DNA of 64,000 nucleotides from an uncultured virus (IMG/VR IMGVR_UViG_3300024343_000006) (lineage: Duplodnaviria > Heunggongvirae > Uroviricota > Caudoviricetes): IMG/VR virus record IMGVR_UViG_3300024343_000006; one strand, written 5' to 3'. Positions 1-10,759 of this stretch are shown in pieces. The position numbers and the translations under genes are program-made. The stretch's first letter is position 1. Each line of letters opens with the position of its first letter. The notes beneath the pieces were generated by a model. The model ran no database searches and had not been told where the DNA came from. It saw only the letters and a list, made by a program, of their open reading frames with translations.

Positions 1-768
1 TTAACACTAATCTCTGCAGATTTTATCGCCAAGATGCCAGTCGATCCTATCATCTATACAAAAGATGGATTGGATGTTTATGTTAAGCCACAGGCTGGAC
101 ATACTTATTGTATGGTCTGTGACGTAGCAAAAGGTGTTGGTGGTGACTATTCAGCATTCCAATTAATAGATATAACAGAAGTTCCATATAGAACAGTCGC
201 AAAATACAGAAAGAATGATATTAGTCCTCTCTTATATCCCAATGTGATATACAAAGTGGGTAAAGAATACAACGAAGCATACGTATTAATAGAAATTAAC
301 TCGAGTGAACAGGTCGCCCATATCTTATACTCAGAATTAGAATATGAAAATCTTCTATTCGTTAATCGCCATAATATGGGTCAGTATATCGGTGGAGGAT
401 TTGGTGGAGGTAAAACTCAACTAGGTGTCAATACTGATAAAAAGATCAAAAGAATTGGATGTCACAACTTCAAATCATTGATCGAAGAAAACAAGTTACT
501 TGTAACCGATGCAGATACGATTTCTGAAATTTCAACATTTATAGAAATTAAAGGATCATATGCTGCTGATGAAGGATATCACGATGATTTGGTAATGCCT
601 TTGGTGCTCTTTGGATGGGTCACAACTCAGCCGTATTTCAAAGACCTAAATAATGTTAACCTTAGAGAAATTATGTACAAAAAGCAAATACAAGCTATTG
701 AAGAGGAATTGACACCATTCGGATTCTATGACGATGGAAGTCCTGAAAAGGCTCCACTGAATTTTTGA
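1..768 (+). CDS. gp17: Terminase large subunit, C-terminal nuclease part (5' truncated by window)
   Basis: Frame open from base 1; motifs DVAKGVGGDYSAF and GYHDDLVM; lies upstream of the sheath gene as in T4. Confidence 0.95.
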   Translation, partial: LTLISADFIAKMPVDPIIYTKDGLDVYVKPQAGHTYCMVCDVAKGVGGDYSAFQLIDITEVPYRTVAKYRKNDISPLLYPNVIYKVGKEYNEAYVLIEINSSEQVAHILYSELEYENLLFVNRHNMGQYIGGGFGGGKTQLGVNTDKKIKRIGCHNFKSLIEENKLLVTDADTISEISTFIEIKGSYAADEGYHDDLVMPLVLFGWVTTQPYFKDLNNVNLREIMYKKQIQAIEEELTPFGFYDDGSPEKAPLNF

Positions 769-787
769 ATTGAAAACTTGTAAAAAC

Positions 788-793
788 TAAATA
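788..793 (+). promoter_or_regulatory. T4-type late promoter core TAAATA before gp18 (similar copies at 3201, 7301-7317, 9726, 29407, 47000, 55095, 55653, 62977)
   Basis: Core of the T4 TATAAATA motif, recurring in short intergenic gaps mostly before structural genes; gp55 is encoded in the window. Confidence 0.7.
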
Positions 794-850
794 AAATGTA
801 GACAAGAAATTTCTGTCTAAAGTAAAAACTTATTAACAAGGAGAATTACA

Positions 851-3193
851 ATGCCTTTCCAATTATCTCCAGGCGTTGCAGTCGTAGAAAAAGATTACAC
901 ATCGATCGTTCCAGCTGTATCTAGCTCTCGTGGAGCGTTTGCTGGTGCTTTCCAATGGGGTCCAGTTTTGGCTCCTACTCAGGTTAGTTCCGAGAACGAA
1001 TTAGTTCGTTACTTCGGTAAACCAACTGATGCGAATGCGCAAGCCTTTTTTACTGCAGCGAACTTCCTGTCATACACAAATGCTCTCTTAATTTCTCGTG
1101 CAGACGTAACTGCAGCTAGAAATGCAGTTGCTACTCAAACTGGTACAGTTACATCAGTCACTATGGTGACTGGTGGTACTGGTTACGATGCAACTCTTTT
1201 ACCTGCTGTTACATTTAGCGCACCTCAAATTACAGGTGGTGCAGCTGCAACTGGTACTGCAATTTCTTCTGGTGCTTCTGTTACTGGTGTCACTCTTTCA
1301 AATGGTGGTACAGGTTATAGTGCAGCAACCCTAACATTTAGCGCACCACAAGTTGCGGGTGGTGTTACTGCTACAGGTACTGCTACTATCGTTGGTGGTT
1401 CAATTACTGGTATTATTGTTACTAATGGTGGATCTGGTTACACAACTGCCCCAACTATTAACATTACTGCTAATGGTACTAATGCAGCGATCGGTACAGT
1501 TTCTCTAGGAACTGCCACTATTACTGGTATCACAGTAACTTCTGCTGGATCTGGTTATACCGCTGCTCCAAATATATCAGTCGCTTTTGCTGGTTCTGAT
1601 CAGGGATCTCAATGGACAGCTACTACAGCATTGGCTCAGAATGTTTACGTTTCTTTTGCTGGTAGATTATATACAGTTACAGTAGCTGGAACAACAGGTT
1701 CTACTGGTCCATCTCATACAACTGGTAGTGTGGCTAACGGCTCTGCTACGTTATTGTTTGTTAGTACTGCTGCTGCCGCAACTGCAGCTATTACTGTCGG
1801 TGGTTTAAAGATCAATAACAATAATGATTACTTGGCTGCTTATGGTAGTGGACAAGCTGTTGTTGGTGAATTTGCTGCACGTTGCCCTGGAACTTTAGGA
1901 AACTCACTATTAGTTTCTCTGGCTGACTCTGCATCTTTTGCTGGTTGGACATACAAAGATAACTTTGATGGTGCTCCTTCTACTTCAACATATGCAGCAA
2001 ACAATAATGCTTCTTTAGATGAAGTTCATATTGTTGTTATTGATCAACTTGGTTACTTCACTGGAGTTCCAGGTTATGTATTAGAAAAATTTGCGTTTGC
2101 TTCTAAAGCATCTGATGCGAAAAAGTCTGATGGTACTAATAACTACTACAAAAATGTAATCAATACAAACTCAGAATATATCTACTGGATGGATCATACA
2201 GCATCAGGTACAGATTGGGGAAGTACTGCAGTTGTTGGAGGTGCTTTTGTTACTGTTGGTACAGCTATCACTCGTCAATTGTCTGGTGGTATTGATGGAT
2301 TGACTGCTACTGCTGGTCAACTACAAACTGCTTATGCATTGTTTGCCGATGATGCTGCTTATGATATCTCATTAGTTATGATGGGTAAAGCAGATGCAGC
2401 TACAACTGCTGCTGTTATTGGATCGGTTGCAGAAACTCGTCTTGATTGCGTAGTGTTTGCATCTCCACAGAACACTTCTACTGGTGATCCAATTATTGGT
2501 TCTGGTTCTGGTTCTACAAATGCCATCATTGCTTACCGTAATGCACTTCCAAGTACTTCTTATGCAGTACTAGATTCTGGTTGCAAATATCAGTATGATC
2601 GCTACAATGACGTATATCGTTGGGTTCCATTGAATGGTGACATTGCTGGTCTATGTGCTCGCACTGATTACCAACAAGATCCATGGTTCTCTCCAGGTGG
2701 TCTAAATCGTGGTCAGATTAAGAGTGTTGTTAAATTAGCACACAATCCTACTAAAGCAGATCGTGATCTACTGTACAAAGCTGGTGTAAACCCAGTTGTT
2801 ACTTTCCCAGGAGAAGGTACAGTTCTATTCGGTGACAAGACTCTCTTGGCTAAACCAAGTGCGTTCGATCGTATTAACGTGCGTCGTTTGTTTATCGTTA
2901 TGGAAAAGGCGATTGCTACAGCTGCTAAATTCCAGTTGTTTGAATTCAATGATCCTTTCACTCGTGCTCAGTTTAAGAACTTGATCGAGCCATTCCTGCG
3001 TGATGTCCAAGGTCGTCGTGGTATTACAGACTTTAGAGTTAAGTGTGATGATTCGAACAACACAGGACAAGTTATTGACGCAAATGAATTTGTTGCTGAT
3101 ATTTTCGTTAAGCCAAATCGTTCTATCAACTACATTACTTTGAACTTTGTTGCTGCTCGCTCTGGAATTAACTTCAGCGAAGTCGGTGCGTAA
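851..3193 (+). CDS. gp18: Tail sheath protein with Thr/Gly-rich insertion
   Basis: N-term FQLSPGV..VEKD; C-term PWFSPGGLNRG, FDRINVRRLF, FEFND. Confidence 0.97.
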   Translation: MPFQLSPGVAVVEKDYTSIVPAVSSSRGAFAGAFQWGPVLAPTQVSSENELVRYFGKPTDANAQAFFTAANFLSYTNALLISRADVTAARNAVATQTGTVTSVTMVTGGTGYDATLLPAVTFSAPQITGGAAATGTAISSGASVTGVTLSNGGTGYSAATLTFSAPQVAGGVTATGTATIVGGSITGIIVTNGGSGYTTAPTINITANGTNAAIGTVSLGTATITGITVTSAGSGYTAAPNISVAFAGSDQGSQWTATTALAQNVYVSFAGRLYTVTVAGTTGSTGPSHTTGSVANGSATLLFVSTAAAATAAITVGGLKINNNNDYLAAYGSGQAVVGEFAARCPGTLGNSLLVSLADSASFAGWTYKDNFDGAPSTSTYAANNNASLDEVHIVVIDQLGYFTGVPGYVLEKFAFASKASDAKKSDGTNNYYKNVINTNSEYIYWMDHTASGTDWGSTAVVGGAFVTVGTAITRQLSGGIDGLTATAGQLQTAYALFADDAAYDISLVMMGKADAATTAAVIGSVAETRLDCVVFASPQNTSTGDPIIGSGSGSTNAIIAYRNALPSTSYAVLDSGCKYQYDRYNDVYRWVPLNGDIAGLCARTDYQQDPWFSPGGLNRGQIKSVVKLAHNPTKADRDLLYKAGVNPVVTFPGEGTVLFGDKTLLAKPSAFDRINVRRLFIVMEKAIATAAKFQLFEFNDPFTRAQFKNLIEPFLRDVQGRRGITDFRVKCDDSNNTGQVIDANEFVADIFVKPNRSINYITLNFVAARSGINFSEVGA

Positions 3194-3230
3194 TTCAGAA
3201 TAAATAAAGAAAAGAACAAAGGAGAATTAA

Positions 3231-3818
3231 ATGGCAAATATTGCTGATTTCAAATCACAGATGATCGGGGGCGGTGCTCGTCCCAATCAGTTTAGAGTTG
3301 AATTATCTTTTCCATCATTTGTTACACTTGGTCCAGTAGCTGGTCAGCGTGCACAGTTTTTGTGTAAGGCTGCTCAGTTACCTGCTTCTACTTTAGAGAA
3401 CATCTCTGTTCTCTTCAAAGGTCGCCCAGTTAACTTTGCTGGTGAGCGTACATTCCAACCATGGACTGTAACAATTTACAACGATACTACTTTCGGTATT
3501 CGTAATGCACTAGAACAGTGGCAATCTGGTATCCAGAATTATGACACTACTCTTGGTCGCACAAACCCAACAGACTATCAAGTTGATATGCAAGTGCATC
3601 AATTAGATCGTTCTGGTTCTATCATCAAGACTTATAAGTTTGTTGATGCTTATCCTACTAACATTTCTGCTATTGGTTTAGATTACGAACAGCAAAATGC
3701 TATTGAACAGTTTGATGTAGAGTTCCAATACAACTTCTTTACATCTGCTACAGGTGCATCTGGTGGCTTTGGAGTTAATGTTTCTATCGACACACCAGTT
3801 GGATCTATTCCTCTATAA
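3231..3818 (+). CDS. gp19: Tail tube protein
   Basis: GGGARPNQF, AGERTFQPWTVTIYND; synteny. Confidence 0.95.
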   Translation: MANIADFKSQMIGGGARPNQFRVELSFPSFVTLGPVAGQRAQFLCKAAQLPASTLENISVLFKGRPVNFAGERTFQPWTVTIYNDTTFGIRNALEQWQSGIQNYDTTLGRTNPTDYQVDMQVHQLDRSGSIIKTYKFVDAYPTNISAIGLDYEQQNAIEQFDVEFQYNFFTSATGASGGFGVNVSIDTPVGSIPL

Positions 3819-3838
3819 TTTAACCGAAGGTTTATATA

Positions 3839-5437
3839 ATGCAATTTTTTGGCTTCGAGATAAGTCGTAAAAAAGAGAAAGAACTTGGAAGTGTAGTACC
3901 TCCGAGTCCTCAAGATGGCGCAACCGTAATAAATACTGGCGTAAATGCTGGTGGTTATTACGGTATGGTCATGGATCTGGATGGGGTCGTTAAGAATGAA
4001 AATGATCTTATTCGTCGTTATCGTGAAGTTGCTTCATACAGCGACTGCGATATGGCGATTGAAGATATTATTAATGAAGCAATTGTTACTGATGAACACA
4101 AACCATCAGTAGAGATCAACTTAGATGATCTAACTGTTTCAGAAAGTATTAAGAAAAAAATTCGTGAAGAGTTTAGGAATATTTTACGTGTTCTAAAATT
4201 TGAAGATTGTGGTCATGACACTTTTAGAACTTGGTATATTGATGGTCGTTTATACTATCATATCTTAATAGATGAGAAGAATTTAAAACAAGGTATTGTT
4301 GAATTACGTTACATTGATCCTCGCAAAATTCGTCGTATCAAAAACGTAGTTAAAGAAAAAACACCACAAGGTGTTGAAGTTATAAAGAACATCGAAGAAT
4401 ACTATCTTTATAACGACAAGGGTATTACTGAAAGTACTACTCAGGGTATTAAGTTATCCTTAGATTCAGTAGTCTATGTACCATCAGGTTACTTAGATTC
4501 AAATACTGGAATGATGATGTCTTATTTACATAAGGCAATCAAACCAGTAAATCAGTTAAAGATGATTGAGGATTCTCTAGTCATCTATCGTATTAGTCGT
4601 GCACCTGAACGCAGAATTTTTTACATTGATGTAGGTAACTTACCTAAAGTAAAAGCTGAACAATATGTTCAGGACATCATGAATAAATTCCGTAACAAGA
4701 TTGTGTATGATGCCACTACTGGCGAAACTCGTGATGATAGAAAACATCTTTCAATGATGGAAGATTTCTGGATGCCTCGTCGTGAAGGTGGTAAGGGTAC
4801 TGAAATTACTACACTTCCAGGTGGTCAGAATCTTGGTGAGATTCAAGACATTGAGTATTTCCAAAATAAATTATTCCATGCTTTAAATGTTCCAATTGGT
4901 CGTTTACAGGAACAAGCAGGATTTAGTATTGGACGAGCAACTGAGATCTCTCGTGACGAGATTAAGTTTCATAAATTTGTTGGTCGTCTTCGTAAGAAGT
5001 TTTCTAATATATTTACTGATGCATTATATGTTCAGTTAGTAGCTAAAAATATTATTCGTCCCGATGAATGGGAAGATTTAAAACATGAAATTAGATATGA
5101 CTACATCGAAGACAATCATTATTCTGAATTAAAAGATAATGAAATTCTTAATGCTAGACTCGCCACTCTACAATTAGTAGAACCATACATCGGTAAGTTT
5201 TATTCTATGGACTGGATTCGTAAAAATATTCTTCAGATGAATGAACAAGAAATGGAAGAGATGAGCAAACAGATGGAATCAGATGGTGAGATTCAGATGC
5301 AGCATGCTGAGATGGATGGAACTGTTGCAGCTGCGGCACAAGCAGCACAGCAGAACTTTTTACAGGCAAATGCACCACAAGCAGATGAAGCACCAACTGA
5401 CCAAGGTAAACAAGATAATCAAGGAGTGAATAAATGA
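3839..5437 (+). CDS. gp20: Portal protein
   Basis: YRISRAPERRIFYIDVGNLPK, MMEDFWMPRREGGKGTEITTLPGG. Confidence 0.98.
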   Translation: MQFFGFEISRKKEKELGSVVPPSPQDGATVINTGVNAGGYYGMVMDLDGVVKNENDLIRRYREVASYSDCDMAIEDIINEAIVTDEHKPSVEINLDDLTVSESIKKKIREEFRNILRVLKFEDCGHDTFRTWYIDGRLYYHILIDEKNLKQGIVELRYIDPRKIRRIKNVVKEKTPQGVEVIKNIEEYYLYNDKGITESTTQGIKLSLDSVVYVPSGYLDSNTGMMMSYLHKAIKPVNQLKMIEDSLVIYRISRAPERRIFYIDVGNLPKVKAEQYVQDIMNKFRNKIVYDATTGETRDDRKHLSMMEDFWMPRREGGKGTEITTLPGGQNLGEIQDIEYFQNKLFHALNVPIGRLQEQAGFSIGRATEISRDEIKFHKFVGRLRKKFSNIFTDALYVQLVAKNIIRPDEWEDLKHEIRYDYIEDNHYSELKDNEILNARLATLQLVEPYIGKFYSMDWIRKNILQMNEQEMEEMSKQMESDGEIQMQHAEMDGTVAAAAQAAQQNFLQANAPQADEAPTDQGKQDNQGVNK

Positions 5438-5637
5438 GTGAAACAGTGAAAAATTTAGTAGATGCGATTCAAGCCAAAGATGCAATTGGAACAGAGGCTG
5501 CATTTCAAGCAGCAATGGCAGAAAAGATTTCTGCTAGATTAGACAGTATGCGTCAAGACGTTGCACAGAGTATGTTTAAAACTCAAGAGGTAGAAGTATC
5601 TACTGAAGAGCCAAACGCAGAAACAGAAGTAGAATAA
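5434..5637 (+). CDS. Small acidic prohead core protein (gp67-like)
   Basis: Size, acidity and position directly after the portal gene. Confidence 0.6.
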   Translation: MSETVKNLVDAIQAKDAIGTEAAFQAAMAEKISARLDSMRQDVAQSMFKTQEVEVSTEEPNAETEVE

Positions 5638-6182
5638 TGCGTTACTACCAATTAACAAAATCTTTAAAGAGATCTGATGTTGTCGAAAGCATCAGATCTT
5701 ACTCACATCTGATTGAAAGAACATCAGAAAATAAGATTTTGATTAATGGCGTAGAGTCAAAGTATAAAAGTTTGGAAGAAGCAAAAGATTTTATCAAACA
5801 AGAATATATCTCGCAAAAATTAGAAGAACAAGTATCAAAAGAATCATACGACGAATTATCAGACGAAAAAGTCGCTAGTATTATCAAAGAATACCATGAT
5901 GTAAAAGTTACAGATACGTTAATAGAAACATATATTAAACTTGCTTCTTCCAACATTTTTAACGTAGACCCTGTTGTTCAGAATATTCGTTCTTTGAATA
6001 AACTTGACAGAATCGTTGAAGGTAAATTACACTACGTGCTTGCTGATGAAACTATTGTTGCAATTAATCAGCAAACGCAAGATCACCTAAATAAGTTATT
6101 AGGTAATCAACCAGAGATTATCGAGTACATGAGAGAGTCAAAAGAGAACTTCTGTCATGTGCTTGAACAAATAGAGGAATAA
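5637..6182 (+). CDS. Hypothetical head-assembly region protein (gp68 position)
   Basis: 181-aa ORF coupled to the upstream gene, between portal and protease. Confidence 0.55.
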   Translation: MRYYQLTKSLKRSDVVESIRSYSHLIERTSENKILINGVESKYKSLEEAKDFIKQEYISQKLEEQVSKESYDELSDEKVASIIKEYHDVKVTDTLIETYIKLASSNIFNVDPVVQNIRSLNKLDRIVEGKLHYVLADETIVAINQQTQDHLNKLLGNQPEIIEYMRESKENFCHVLEQIEE

Positions 6183-6185
6183 CAA

Positions 6186-6644
6186 ATGGCTGTCACCAAG
6201 ACTATTTTAAAGAACACTAATTTAGAGACTGTTGTCAAAATTAGTGGTACTGCAGCATCTGCTACTATTAGTTTAGCAACTGATTGTTTAGCATCTACAC
6301 AAGCACTTTCTGGTGGAACACAGACTGTTGACATCATTACTTCTCAAGTAACTGGTCTATTAAATTCTAGTATTACTGTTGTAAGAAACTCACTTCCTGT
6401 GTTAGCATTTGCACCAGAACACAATGGTTTGTTTAACTTTGAAGGTAATGGGTACAGAGATACTGTTGGAAATACATCTGATATCGTAGTAACAATCGGA
6501 GGTGCAGAAGCCCACATTTATCTCACACTTCGTAAAGTTGGTGGATATGCTACTAAAGTTGAAGAAGCTACTTACGGTGCTTACGAAGATGTTACTCGTG
6601 TTGGTGCTTCTACCACAGCAAGTGGTTCTCCAGATAAGGTCTAA
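6186..6644 (+). CDS. Hypothetical, probably virion structural protein
   Basis: 152 aa, Thr/Ala/Gly-rich, SD GAGGA, in the head operon. Confidence 0.55.
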   Translation: MAVTKTILKNTNLETVVKISGTAASATISLATDCLASTQALSGGTQTVDIITSQVTGLLNSSITVVRNSLPVLAFAPEHNGLFNFEGNGYRDTVGNTSDIVVTIGGAEAHIYLTLRKVGGYATKVEEATYGAYEDVTRVGASTTASGSPDKV

Positions 6645-6646
6645 CT

Positions 6647-7303
6647 ATGAAACTAATTAGAGAAGAAGTTCAAGACACTAAATTTATCGTTGAAGATAAA
6701 GGTCTTGGTAAACCAAAACAATACTTCATTGAAGGTATCTTCCTTCAATCAGAACTAGTAAATCGTAATGGTCGTATGTACAAAGAAGGTACAATGGACA
6801 AAGAAGTTGGTCGCTATCTTAAAGAAGCCGTTGAAATGAATCGTGCTTATGGCGAACTTGGTCATCCAGATGGTCCAGGTATTAACCTTGATCGTGTATC
6901 ACACATGATCACTTCACTACGTAAAGAAGGCACAAACTATATTGGTCGTGCTAAGATTTTAGAAACTCCAATGGGTAATATTGCACGTGGTCTATTAGAT
7001 GGCGGTGCAAATCTTGGAGTATCAAGTAGAGCAATGGGTTCTCTCAAACAAAACAATGAGGGGGTTCAGGTAGTTCAAGATGACTTTATGTTGTCTACAG
7101 CTGCAGACATTGTAGCTGATCCATCTGCTCCTGACGCATACGTCAGAGGCATCATGGAGAACAAAGAGTGGATATTTGTCGATGGAAAGTTTGTGGAACA
7201 ACATATTGAAGAGGTTAAATCCTTTATTAAAAAGACTTCTTCTAGAAATCTAGAGGAAGCAAAGGTGCAGGCTTTCCAACGCTTTCTGAGTAAAATCAGA
7301 TAA
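6647..7303 (+). CDS. gp21: Prohead protease
   Basis: YGELGHP, LGVSSRAMGSL, DIVADPSAPDA. Confidence 0.97.
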   Translation: MKLIREEVQDTKFIVEDKGLGKPKQYFIEGIFLQSELVNRNGRMYKEGTMDKEVGRYLKEAVEMNRAYGELGHPDGPGINLDRVSHMITSLRKEGTNYIGRAKILETPMGNIARGLLDGGANLGVSSRAMGSLKQNNEGVQVVQDDFMLSTAADIVADPSAPDAYVRGIMENKEWIFVDGKFVEQHIEEVKSFIKKTSSRNLEEAKVQAFQRFLSKIR

Positions 7304-7345
7304 ATAATAAATAAATAACAGAACTATCCAGTTAGGAGAACATAG

Positions 7346-8344
7346 ATGTCAATCGAACAAAAAATCGCTGAAATTTTAGCTGAGTCTAAGAAACAGAAAT
7401 TAGACGAAGCCAAGTTTGCAGGTACTGAAGGTGGCAGCAAATCCACTAAAGAAAATGCTGAAGCTGGCGACCAAGCTGTAATTCGTACAGGTAACCCAGT
7501 TCCAAATGGTGGTAACACACCAAACCCAGACAATGCACGTAACAACGTACAAGACGAAAAAGATGCAGAAGATGCACCTACTGGTAAAATGAATCCACAC
7601 AATGGAGATCAAAAACCAGTTCGCCCAATGAAAGAAGACATTGATGCAATGTTGGGTGATGCAGAACTAACAGAAGAATTTAAAACCAAAGCAGCTACTA
7701 TTTTTGAAGCAGCTGTATTGGCACGTGTCGCTGAAGAAGCTGCACGTATTCAAGAAGAATTCGAAGCGAAACTTGCTGAGCAAGTTGAGCAGAATATACA
7801 GGGAATTGTTGAACAAGTTGATGGATACCTCGGCTATATGGCTGAGCAGTGGATGGCACAAAATGAAATCGCCCTAGAGCAAGGCATGAAATCTGAAATT
7901 CTCGAAGGTTTCGTGAATGGTCTGAAAGGACTATTTGAAGAGCACTATATCGATATCCCAGAAGAGCGTTTCGATGTTCTTGGTGAGATGGAAAATAAAA
8001 TTGCTGAATTAGAATCTAAAATTGACGAGCAAGTTGAAGCCAATATTGAGTTGACAAAAACTCTAGCAGAAGCAAAACGTGCTGAAATCGTTGGTACAGT
8101 AAGCGAAGGTTTGACAGATACTGAGACTGAAAAGTTTCTTTCTCTAGCAAAAGAAATCGCTTTCGAAGATTCTGAATCATTCGAAACTAAACTAAAAACT
8201 ATTCGTGAAAGTTATTTTACTGCCAAGCAGTTAACTGAAGTTAAATCAGTAGTAACTGATGCTCCAGTAGAAGTGTTGACAGAGTCAAAAGCGAAAGCAG
8301 TTGATCCTGTAATGGCACAATATCTATCCGCACTCAACAAATAA
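7346..8344 (+). CDS. gp22: Prohead core scaffold protein
   Basis: Acidic coiled coil, KAATIFEAAV, FEEHYIDIPEE; between gp21 and gp23. Confidence 0.92.
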   Translation: MSIEQKIAEILAESKKQKLDEAKFAGTEGGSKSTKENAEAGDQAVIRTGNPVPNGGNTPNPDNARNNVQDEKDAEDAPTGKMNPHNGDQKPVRPMKEDIDAMLGDAELTEEFKTKAATIFEAAVLARVAEEAARIQEEFEAKLAEQVEQNIQGIVEQVDGYLGYMAEQWMAQNEIALEQGMKSEILEGFVNGLKGLFEEHYIDIPEERFDVLGEMENKIAELESKIDEQVEANIELTKTLAEAKRAEIVGTVSEGLTDTETEKFLSLAKEIAFEDSESFETKLKTIRESYFTAKQLTEVKSVVTDAPVEVLTESKAKAVDPVMAQYLSALNK

Positions 8345-8360
8345 TAAAGGAAAACTAACT

Positions 8361-9650
8361 ATGTTAGACCGTAAACAATTAATGGAGAAATGGGCTCCAG
8401 TATTGAACCACGAAGGTTCAAGCCCAATCAAAGATAACTACCGTAAGGAAGTTACAGCAGTTCTTTTGGAAAACCAAGAACGTGAACAGTATAAGTACAA
8501 TGAGCAAGTTGGCGCATTGAACGAAGCTGCTCCAACAAACAGCGTTGGTTCATATGGTGACACTGGCGGTATCGCTAAGTTTGATCCAGTATTGATCAGC
8601 TTGGTTCGTCGTGCAATGCCACAACTTATCGCTTATGATGTTGCTGGTGTTCAACCAATGACTCAGCCAACTGGCTTGATCTTCGCAATGAAGTCACGTT
8701 ACAGCACTCAAGGTGGTACTGAAGCGTTGTTCAACGAAGCAGATACTGACTTCTCTGGTACTGGTGTTCACTCTGGTGCGTCAGTATTCGGTGGTGCTGA
8801 CACTAATGGTACTGGTATGGCTACTTCTGCTGCAGAAGCCATGGGTACTTCTGGTGGTGGTACTTTCGGTGAGATGGCATTCAGCATCGAAAAGACTTCT
8901 GTAACTGCAAAGACTCGTGCTTTGAAGGCAGAATACTCTATTGAACTAGCACAAGACTTGAAATCAGTTCATGGTCTTGACGCTGAAGGCGAATTGAGCA
9001 ACATTCTTTCTACAGAAATTCTTGCTGAAATCAATCGTGAAGTTATCCGTACAATCTACAACACTGCTAAACCAGGTGCTGCAGTTGGTACAGCTACTGC
9101 TGGTACTTTCGACTTGGACGTTGACTCTAATGGTCGTTGGTCTGTTGAAAAATTCAAAGGTCTAATGTTCCAAATCGAACGTGAAGCCAATGCTATCGGT
9201 CAACAAACTCGTCGTGGTCGTGCGAACTTCCTCATCACTTCTGCTGACGTAGCGTCTGCATTGGCGATGGCTGGTGTTCTTGACTATTCTTCTGGTATCA
9301 CTGGTAAGAACGCATTGAATGTAGATGACACTTCTACTACTTTCGCTGGTGTTCTAAACGGCAAGTACAAAGTGTATGTTGATCCATATACTTCAAACGT
9401 AAGCAACACTCAGTTCTTCGTTGCTGGTTACAAAGGCGCATCCGCTTTTGACGCTGGTTTGTTCTATTGCCCATACGTTCCACTACAGTTGGTTCGTGCG
9501 GTTGATCCAAGCAGCTTCCAACCAAAGATTGGCTTCAAGACTCGTTACGGTCTAGTTGCTAACCCATTCGTTTCATTGGATGGTACTGGTGGTTTGACTG
9601 CAAACGAAAACTACTACTATCGTCGTGTACGTGTTACTAACTTGATGTAA
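8361..9650 (+). CDS. gp23: Major capsid protein
   Basis: KWAPVL, DPVLISLVRRAMP, RALKAEYSIELAQDLK, FQPKIGFKTRYG. Confidence 0.99.
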   Translation: MLDRKQLMEKWAPVLNHEGSSPIKDNYRKEVTAVLLENQEREQYKYNEQVGALNEAAPTNSVGSYGDTGGIAKFDPVLISLVRRAMPQLIAYDVAGVQPMTQPTGLIFAMKSRYSTQGGTEALFNEADTDFSGTGVHSGASVFGGADTNGTGMATSAAEAMGTSGGGTFGEMAFSIEKTSVTAKTRALKAEYSIELAQDLKSVHGLDAEGELSNILSTEILAEINREVIRTIYNTAKPGAAVGTATAGTFDLDVDSNGRWSVEKFKGLMFQIEREANAIGQQTRRGRANFLITSADVASALAMAGVLDYSSGITGKNALNVDDTSTTFAGVLNGKYKVYVDPYTSNVSNTQFFVAGYKGASAFDAGLFYCPYVPLQLVRAVDPSSFQPKIGFKTRYGLVANPFVSLDGTGGLTANENYYYRRVRVTNLM

Positions 9651-9690
9651 TCATCGAGTTGGCTACTAAGCCGACATAGAAGCGGTATTT

Positions 9691-9720
9691 AAAAGGGGGA
9701 CTTCGGTTCCCCTTTTTTTT
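9691..9720 (+). terminator. Intrinsic terminator after gp23
   Basis: GGGGGAC-TTCG-GTTCCCC followed by T8. Confidence 0.9.
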
Positions 9721-9736
9721 CTTCCTAAATAATTAT

Positions 9737-10258
9737 ATGCCAAATACATCTATACCTGCCAATATCAATCCATTGTCTCCCAATGGGTTTAAGTTTGCTG
9801 TCAACAAAATACCTGATGTCACATTCTTTGCACAGAATGTAAACCTTCCAGGAATCACGTTGGGTGAACCTACATTTGCCACTCCATTCTCCACACAACC
9901 AGTTCCAGGTGATACTCTATCGTATGATCAATTAACCATTAACTTTATGGTTGATGAAAATATGACTAATTATAGAATCATCTACAATTGGATTGTTGCT
10001 CTTGGTTTCCCAGAAAGTTATGATCAGTATGTTACTGGTCAGGCAGGGGACACTACTGCATATGGTGAATTGGCAAAGAACTATTCTGATGCTGTTCTAC
10101 AAATTTTAGACAGTTCAAATAATCCAATACAAAGTATCCAATTCTTTGATGTGTTTCCCACAACACTTGAATCTCTTTCGTTTGCATCTACAAACGATGA
10201 TGTGAATTACCTAGTTGGTTCTGCAACATTTAAATTCGGTTGGTATAGATTCTTGTAA
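9737..10258 (+). CDS. gp3: Tail completion / tube terminator protein
   Basis: NPLSPNGFKF, FMVDENMTNY..IYNW, YSDAVLQIL; position typical of marine/freshwater T4-like phages. Confidence 0.85.
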   Translation: MPNTSIPANINPLSPNGFKFAVNKIPDVTFFAQNVNLPGITLGEPTFATPFSTQPVPGDTLSYDQLTINFMVDENMTNYRIIYNWIVALGFPESYDQYVTGQAGDTTAYGELAKNYSDAVLQILDSSNNPIQSIQFFDVFPTTLESLSFASTNDDVNYLVGSATFKFGWYRFL

Positions 10259-10265
10259 GACAAAT

Positions 10266-10294
10266 TTGATTTTTTTGTAATACTGCGATATAAT
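10266..10294 (+). promoter_or_regulatory. Sigma70-like promoter for uvsY
   Basis: TTGATT-17bp-TATAAT. Confidence 0.75.
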
Positions 10295-10319
10295 GTGCAG
10301 TATATAACTTGAGGATATT

Positions 10320-10757
10320 ATGAATATAGAACAACTACAAGAGATGTGGGATGTTGATTGCCAAATAGATGATAACTATCTTGGTGAAACCACTACCGCT
10401 ACCCCCAAACTTCACGCTAAGTATTTAAAATTACTTGTCAATGTCAAACTAAAACACACTAAGTTTAGTTCTGATTGTAACATTCTCCGTAAAAATAAAT
10501 TTCGTTTGTATCGTGGTGAACTATCACGTGACGAATTAACACAACTTGGTTGGGAACAATGGCAGGGTGTTAAACCATTGAAGAATGAGATGGATGAATT
10601 TCTCTCAGGTGACACCGAACTAAATACTTTGAAGGTAAAGATAGATTATCTCGAAACGATGATTTATTTTCTTGAGTCAGTCCTTGGTCAAATTAAAGCA
10701 AGAGACTGGCAAATTAAAACTGCTGTTGAATGGAAGAAGTTTCTTGCTGGGATGTGA
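10320..10757 (+). CDS. uvsY: Recombination mediator UvsY
   Basis: TPKLHAKYL, RDWQIKTAVEWKKFLAG; upstream of uvsW. Confidence 0.9.
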   Translation: MNIEQLQEMWDVDCQIDDNYLGETTTATPKLHAKYLKLLVNVKLKHTKFSSDCNILRKNKFRLYRGELSRDELTQLGWEQWQGVKPLKNEMDEFLSGDTELNTLKVKIDYLETMIYFLESVLGQIKARDWQIKTAVEWKKFLAGM

Positions 10758-10759
10758 TA

